This document shows, one piece after another, positions 57,433-64,000 of a DNA stretch of 64,000 nt; position 1 is the stretch's first letter, and each line of letters begins with the position of its first letter. Location of the stretch: NCBI RefSeq assembly GCF_009914755.1, contig NC_060927.1. One strand, 5' to 3'. The position numbers were made by a program, and so were the translations under genes. The stretch is from the human T2T-CHM13v2.0 reference genome, Homo sapiens. The notes beneath the pieces are model-generated. The model ran no database searches and had not been told where the DNA came from. It was given only the letters and a program-made list of their open reading frames with translations.

Positions 57433-60400
57433 TGGTGATTGTAATTTACACCAGATTCACCTTACCCTAAGAAGTGACTTGTATATGTGTTGCTTATGGA
57501 AGTCAGAAGTTTCCCAAGTTTAAGAATTCAGCATTTAGATCCAGGAAAAATTGGTCATAAATATGATGATGACACATATGTGAGACAATGACTGCATGAG
57601 TCCAGGAAAGAATAAAGACATTCTCCTGAGAAAGACTCCTCGTTGGAGCCTATGGGTTCTACCGGGCAGGTGACTCACCCGTTGGAGTCACAGGTGACTC
57701 AGCAACAGGGTTATGTAACAAGACCACCTTCCTTGGTGCTAATTTTAGATTTAAATAGAGAAACTATTTGAATGTCAAATTAACCTTTTTATATAGAGAG
57801 AGAAAAAGTATAACCCAATGTAAGCACAAGGTAATAAGCACAGGGCAACACATTCAAACAGATGCAAAGCACGTGGAGTGAAAAGTGAGTTTTCCTTCCA
57901 GGCCCAACCACTTCTTTCTGGCACTTCAGAAACACACTTTGTAGAACCAATCACTTGTACTTGTGTGAACTCCTCCCTGTTAATACAAAGGGAGGAAGCC
58001 CATTATACACACAGTTCTCTCCTTCACTTTTCCCAGAATAACATATCCTGGAGGCCATTCTCCACAGTACATACACATTTACATCGTTCTTTTGAACATC
58101 ATCACAGTCCATGTATTTGACCAGTTCACTTTAATAAACATTTAGACTTTTTCTAATCCTTTGCTAATAGAAATGATGCTATAAGGAACACTCTTCTTCA
58201 TATGGCTTTGTCCACGTCGGGGGATATATTTTTAAGATAACTCTGTGGAAGCAAAATGGCAAGGGCAAAGGATACAGGCACTTTTGAGATATTGCCAAAT
58301 TTTCCCTCCCAGGAAGTTGTAGCAATTTAAACTTCTATTAATAGTATATGATACTACTTGTTTCCCCCACACCTTCACCAAAGCAGTATATTTTTGATTG
58401 TGATTTAATTTGCCACTTCGACTTCTTACTGGAGAAAGTGCTGACCAGCAAACATGAATGTAACTTGGCAGCTATATTTCTCCTGGAGAATGAATACATT
58501 GGCATTCTAATTTATCATCTTCTTATGCATTAGGTAAGTATGAATCTGTGGCCTTGACCCTCTTCAACTCTGGGTAAATTTACAAACTTTAGTTTCTGGG
58601 CCTGCTAACACAGGTGAACAGTGATGCCTCCAAGAGAGGACACATCTACAAGACTGCTGGAAGGAGTCCTCTTTTAATTTTACTCTTCCAAGTTTTAAAA
58701 ATAAATTGCAAAATAATTTTTCTCTAATAAGTTAACGATTTAAAATTGTAATTCAATTAGAAATTTTTTTAAATATTATGAACCAAATTTTTCTTGCTCA
58801 AGTCTGCAAGAAGGGAGGAACTCTGTGGAACGCTTCAGATCAGACCACCTTGGCGGACATCAAAGATCTAATTCAAATGACATCTACTCACAGACTCAGT
58901 GGTCTGCTTCATGGATTCAAAAGTTAATCAAAATTCATACTACAAATGCTGTTACTAATCGTCACAGCAGCAAACTAGAACCCCTCCTTGCCCACCACTT
59001 TTACACTCCACCCCCAGAGAATAACAGACAACATGCTGTTTCTTCCAGTAATTCTTAGGATGTTATTGATGTATTGTTTATTTTTCATAGAGTCCATGCA
59101 CTTAGGAGGAAACAGGGCATAATATATATGCACTTTCAGAAAACTGTTTTAATGTTATAAATAATATCCAAAACCATTAATGAGTTTTAGAGGTGGCTGC
59201 CTTGCAGCGGGGAATTACTTAAGCACTGGAAAGCCAATCAACAAATATTTATTTTGCAACTTCTGTGTGCATGCCTAAAAAATCTTATTCCATTAGTAAA
59301 ATAAGTCCATCTAGAAAAATACATTAATTCAACGCATATTTACTCCACACTCACATGTTGCACCACAGCTCCAAGTGTGAATGAGGCAGAGACCCTGCAC
59401 TCGAGTTAGGAAGACACAGCCAACTGAACTGATGACTTAAACGCAAAGGGACAGAGCACAGGCTATGGCAGGATTACAGAAAAAGGGCTCCTCATCAAGC
59501 CTTGAGGGAATCAGGGAAGGCTTCCAGGAGGAAGCAAACTGATATGATTTCCAAGAAGGATTCATCCAGGGGGGAAAAATGGACAGAATTAGGGAAATAC
59601 TATTGCTTAATCATAGAAGTTCACCTAAACCCCATGAAAGTCAGCAATAGTACAGTTTCTACCTGAAATACAGTCAGCCCAGGATTAGAATATGTTCAGC
59701 TCTCATGTCATAAAATCCCTAAAGAACTTTCTGAAAAGCTAAGCCCACTGATAAGAATAAAGGAAAAGCATAGCACCCCACAAACTAAAACATATTTTCC
59801 ATTACAAATACATTTTCACCAACTCTGAAAAACCAAGTGGACATTTAACAGATCCTAGAAGACTTTGCTCCCTAATTGCCTCCCAATAACCCTCACTCTC
59901 ATTAAACTACAGCATGACCCTCTAGTTTGGAGGCCCACCTTCTCTTTACTCAAAAATTTCCAAACCTAATGAGAGATAGTCTTAGAGAAAGATGATGGAC
60001 TTAACAGACTGACGTATTTTCCTTCCTTGGTGTTTACATTATTTGACAGCAAGGAGCCCCAGAGCAGGAGCTAGTTCCAAGCAAAGTCCCCAAAGAATAT
60101 CAACAAGGAAAAACAGCCACTAGGCTGTATAAATCCACTTGCTATAAAATTCCAACACACACATAATAACCAGCATATGAAGCTGAATCCTTATAGGAAA
60201 ACAATTCAAAATCCAGGTACATTCATCAGGCCCTCCCCATGTCGTGGAAGACTAAAGTTAGTAGCTCTTCCATATGTTACACTATGAAACAAGATGAAAA
60301 TGGCAGAGAGGAAAATGAAATGAGCCTTCTGAGATTCATTCTTTAGTTTGTTCGTTCAAATACACGGCAGAAGAGGGTGCTTTCCATACAGAAATTATTC

Positions 60401-60773
60401 CGTTTTGACACACTCTAACTTAGGCTATTTGGAGGAGAATTGTCTGGCTCTACCTTACAGTACACACTTCCCAAAGTCCCACAAATCATGTGGCTTTGGG
60501 AGAAGAGAGAGTTCGGGGAGCATTTACCCCGACCATACCAAAATGAATTAACAGGGATTAATTTGGGTTACATGGTCTATGTGCCAGTCAGAACAGCTTC
60601 CAGTGTGTTTCAGAATTTAAGGTGGGGAAAAAAGAAACAGAAAATCGGATTTCAAAACTACCCTTTAATGAAAAGCTGTTAAAGTGATTTATCTTAACAA
60701 AATAATCATCAAATTAGAAGCTATATGTATTCTTAAGACATTTTGAACTCCACATTGTATCAAAATTAGGTAG

Positions 60774-60905
60774 AATATATATATTATTATATATATATTA
60801 TCTCTCTATATATTCTCTATATGTAACCTCTATATATATATATACTATATATATTCCATATATATACTATATATACTCTCTCTCTCTATATATATATATA
60901 TAAAA
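60774..60905. repeat. Interrupted (TA)n/(TC)n AT-rich island
   Basis: Multiple TA runs over about 130 nt. Confidence 0.9.
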
Positions 60906-60984
60906 TCATAGATACACCATGATAATTTACTGAGAATACTAAAGGAGATGCGAATAAAAAATATGTATCTAGTCTATTTGTTAG

Positions 60985-61400
60985 AAATCAGGTATACCTA
61001 TCTGCAACAGACAAAAATAACAATGGCTTAAGCAGACATGGTCTAATTTGCTCATGTAAGTCTGAGGACCAGCAGACCAGAACTTGTCTGGCCACTGGCA
61101 CCGTGGTCGTCTAAAACCCAGGCTGCTTTCAGATTCTCTTCTACCACCTCTGTGATGGTTCTTATTCTCCTAGCCCAAGATGGCATTCCAGCCATGCCAT
61201 TCACTGCCTGGGCAGCAGGATGGAGGCAGGGCAGGCTTCCAATCTTTAATGACATGTTCCAGAAGTTGCGCCCATCACTTCTCATTGTCACTTGTCAGAA
61301 TTTGATTATACAACCCCACCTAGAAACAAGGAAGGTTAGAAATGTAATCCTTCCTCTAGGCAGTTGTGCAGGCTCCCAGAAGAAACAGAGCTGGATTATT
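60985..61400 (-). mobile_element. Old MaLR LTR (MLT1J-L-like)
   Basis: AACAATGGCTTAAGCAG, CCCAAGATGGC...CCAGCCAT, AGGAAGGTTAGAAATGTA motifs. Confidence 0.55.
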
Positions 61401-62956
61401 CAAGAAAGGTAAGCGTCAGAGGTAGTAGGAAAGTAGCCTGAGTCTGGAGAGAGTGAGTAGAGCCTCCATGAGATCTTGTCCTCTCTTCTAGCCCCTCATC
61501 TAGCAAGATTTACAGTGGGTTCCTGTGCCTGGGATATAGCACTGTCTTGATGGTTATAGCAAAGGTCCCAGTGGCTGTGCCTGGCTTGAAAGAAGTCAAC
61601 AGCAGCAATAGCAAAGCTTGACCTCAAATTGATGGCACAGACAGGCATAAAGAGAAGCCTGCCCATCGCTGGGTATCCTGAAGACCTTTCTCCAACATCT
61701 AGGGGGAAAATGTGGGCTTTCATTCAGTGGGCAGAGCCCACACTTTCATTTTGACTAGAACATACATTCTGAGTATGTAATCTTCTATTGGTTAAACTTA
61801 GTTATACTCTCTCACTTTGTACCCTTAACACCACATACAAGACTGCTTTTGATAAGGAATAAGGACAGGAGATCCTTTTTTGTCCTCCAACTAGCCTGCA
61901 AAAAAGTATTACTGTAGATTGATATTGTATAATATTACAAAGAATAGCACTAGCCCAGGTGACCTGACACTTCTCTATAATAATTTTCTCTGGCACATTA
62001 ATTTACACTTGCATGCATATCACTGAAGAAAGGTATTTGGGGTTTCTATCAGGACAATAACAGGCTTGAAATTAGTGTTGAAAAACATTCACAGCCAGGA
62101 TTTCACCCCCTGCCCCTGGGTTCTCTATTTTAGCTTTCTACATTGGCAACTTTCAACTTTTGCTGCTCAATGCAAATAATAACTAGCTTAATGATTTAGA
62201 AGAAAATATTCTTGGAGTATGTTATAGTCGTATGTTAACTGCAAATGGCTGCCACCTCCAAATAATTGTCTGACACTATGTCTGACTATCTGTTCCTCCA
62301 TTCTATTGATCTCTCCTATGAACAAAGCAGACAGATATGCAGGTACAGCTCTTTTAGGAACAAATTGCCCTTTCTCCAAGCTGACATCTTTAGAATTAAG
62401 AACTCAGAGACAGCCAATGTGGAAAAACATTTCTCCCCTGCCACATGCTTGGTGGGTCAGAAAGTCAATCAAATTCTATTTCACAAAAAAAACTAATTCC
62501 TATGAGATGGGAGGCTGCATTAATATTTCTAAGACCAAATATTCTCCCTCAAGTAATATAAATTTATAGGTATAACTTTTCCCAATGCTCTATCGACTTC
62601 TCATGGTATATGAAAGTAATTAGGCTTCTCTGAAAGCCAGAGCTGCGTTGAGAACTATATTTGAGTAAACACAAAAGAAAAGCATTTTGAGTGTTACTTT
62701 TAATGTTTCCAGAAAAGTTAACACCTATAAAAATATTGTTTCCAGTTTTCTGTATAGAAGTCACTGAAGGAGGATGTGTGAAAGTCTGTGGAAACAGTAC
62801 ACTGGCAAACTGCCAGCTGGAATCGCACGGAGCTCTGTTGTAACTCAAATCTGGCCAGGCCGCAAGTCAAAGCATGTCCTAAGAAATATAGTACACACAT
62901 ACAGTGAACACAACCATTGTAACTCTAGCCCATGGGAAGCTGAACATTCAATGGAC

Positions 62957-63130
62957 AGTGTCCAGACTATATAGAAAAATAGAACACTGACCCACCACCT
63001 GCAGAAACCAGTCGAGGAAACCACAACTTTTGCAGCCATCGGCCCCAAATGGTTGGTACTTAATCAACAACTGCCAACTTCCCCAAGTGTTGCCCCCTGC
63101 ATCCAACACAGGACCAACCAGTGAAAGCTG
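62957..63130 (+). mobile_element. MER34-like ERV1 LTR fragment
   Basis: CTGACCCAC...TGCAGCCATCGGCCCCAAATGG...ACTGCCAACTTCCC...CAGGACCAACCAGTGAAAGC. Confidence 0.55.
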
Positions 63131-64000
63131 ACTCTGATCACATAGGACATCTGGCTTCTAGGTTAGCCACCTCCAGCTTCCTGTGCCAACAGCCTCAAGT
63201 CAGGTCACACCTGAATCCTCCTCCTCCCTTCCCTCTCCTCTCCCCTTCCAACACTATAAAGGGTTTTCTATTCCACTACTTCCTTTTGAGTCTTCACCAG
63301 CCACATGTGATGATGGCTGCCACCCTTGTTCTAGAAAGCCCAGAATAGCCTCTGCTTCTTCTCATTTGCATTGCTTTTTCCCCCATATCTGGTTCTCCCT
63401 GGGGGCCTTCTATCCTGCCTGGGCCCTCTGCTAGGAGTTCCTTAACTTTTCCCTTCTCCATCCTGCAGCATCTTCATCCTTCCCTGCTTCCAAGGGCTGT
63501 GTTTCTGTAGATGAACTGTTTCTCCCCTATTTGAGGCCAGTCCTTCCAACTGTATTCTTTCCTCATTATTTCTATTCCTTCTTCCTGGACCTTTTGTTTC
63601 CACCTGTTGTATCCTTTGCTGTGTTCCTCACATGCCACTGGGACAGCACAGAAACAGTCCCAAGGCGTCTACCTGGCCAAGCACAGTGGAGCTACTGTGA
63701 GGACAGGATATAAAGAAGCAACAGTCTGGCCTCACCAAGAAAAGGGAGCATTACAGATTGATTCATCTGCATTACATTTCAAGCCAAAGTTGAACAGTCT
63801 AGATTTGGATGCAAAGAGAACAGAGAAAAAAGCTAGGAGCCAATAGCAACCAATTCAGGGGTCAGAGTGGCAGGCATCAAGAAAGTAGGATGGACAAAGG
63901 AGAGCCAACGAGGAGAAATTAGGGGAAAGCGAAACATCAGTAGGCAGAAGGCAATTGTACAGGTTTAAGCCTGAGGACACCATGTTAGTCTTTTTTTTTT

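Overview
Human genomic DNA, indicated by a near-consensus human-specific AluYb8 plus L1PA, MIR, L2, Tigger and MER repeats. It lies inside FHIT (3p14.2, common fragile site FRA3B), which runs on the minus strand. The only supportable coding feature is FHIT exon 5 (4598-4717, ATG at 4700, [34 protein letters not shown]). Bases 4718-64000 are intron 4 and 1-4597 are intron 5. All other ORFs come from L1 or Tigger remnants, low-complexity sequence or chance. Main observations: (1) the exon 5 donor is a perfect U12-type (minor spliceosome) site, GTATCCTTT, while its acceptor looks U2-type, and two strong cryptic U2 donors lie just past an in-frame stop, a possible minor-spliceosome-sensitive poison switch; (2) an old AluJ linker has grown into a ~1.03 kb almost pure G-rich polypurine tract (G4/H-DNA potential) that reads in FHIT pre-mRNA as a >1 kb AG-free pyrimidine tract ending at a CAG; (3) a twin-primed 5'-inverted L1PA, nested insertions, hairpin-forming microsatellites and compact AP-1/ARE/octamer/X-box motif clusters. 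Repeat family names are from recalled consensus sequences, not a RepeatMasker run, and old-repeat boundaries are approximate. No prokaryote-type system is present.
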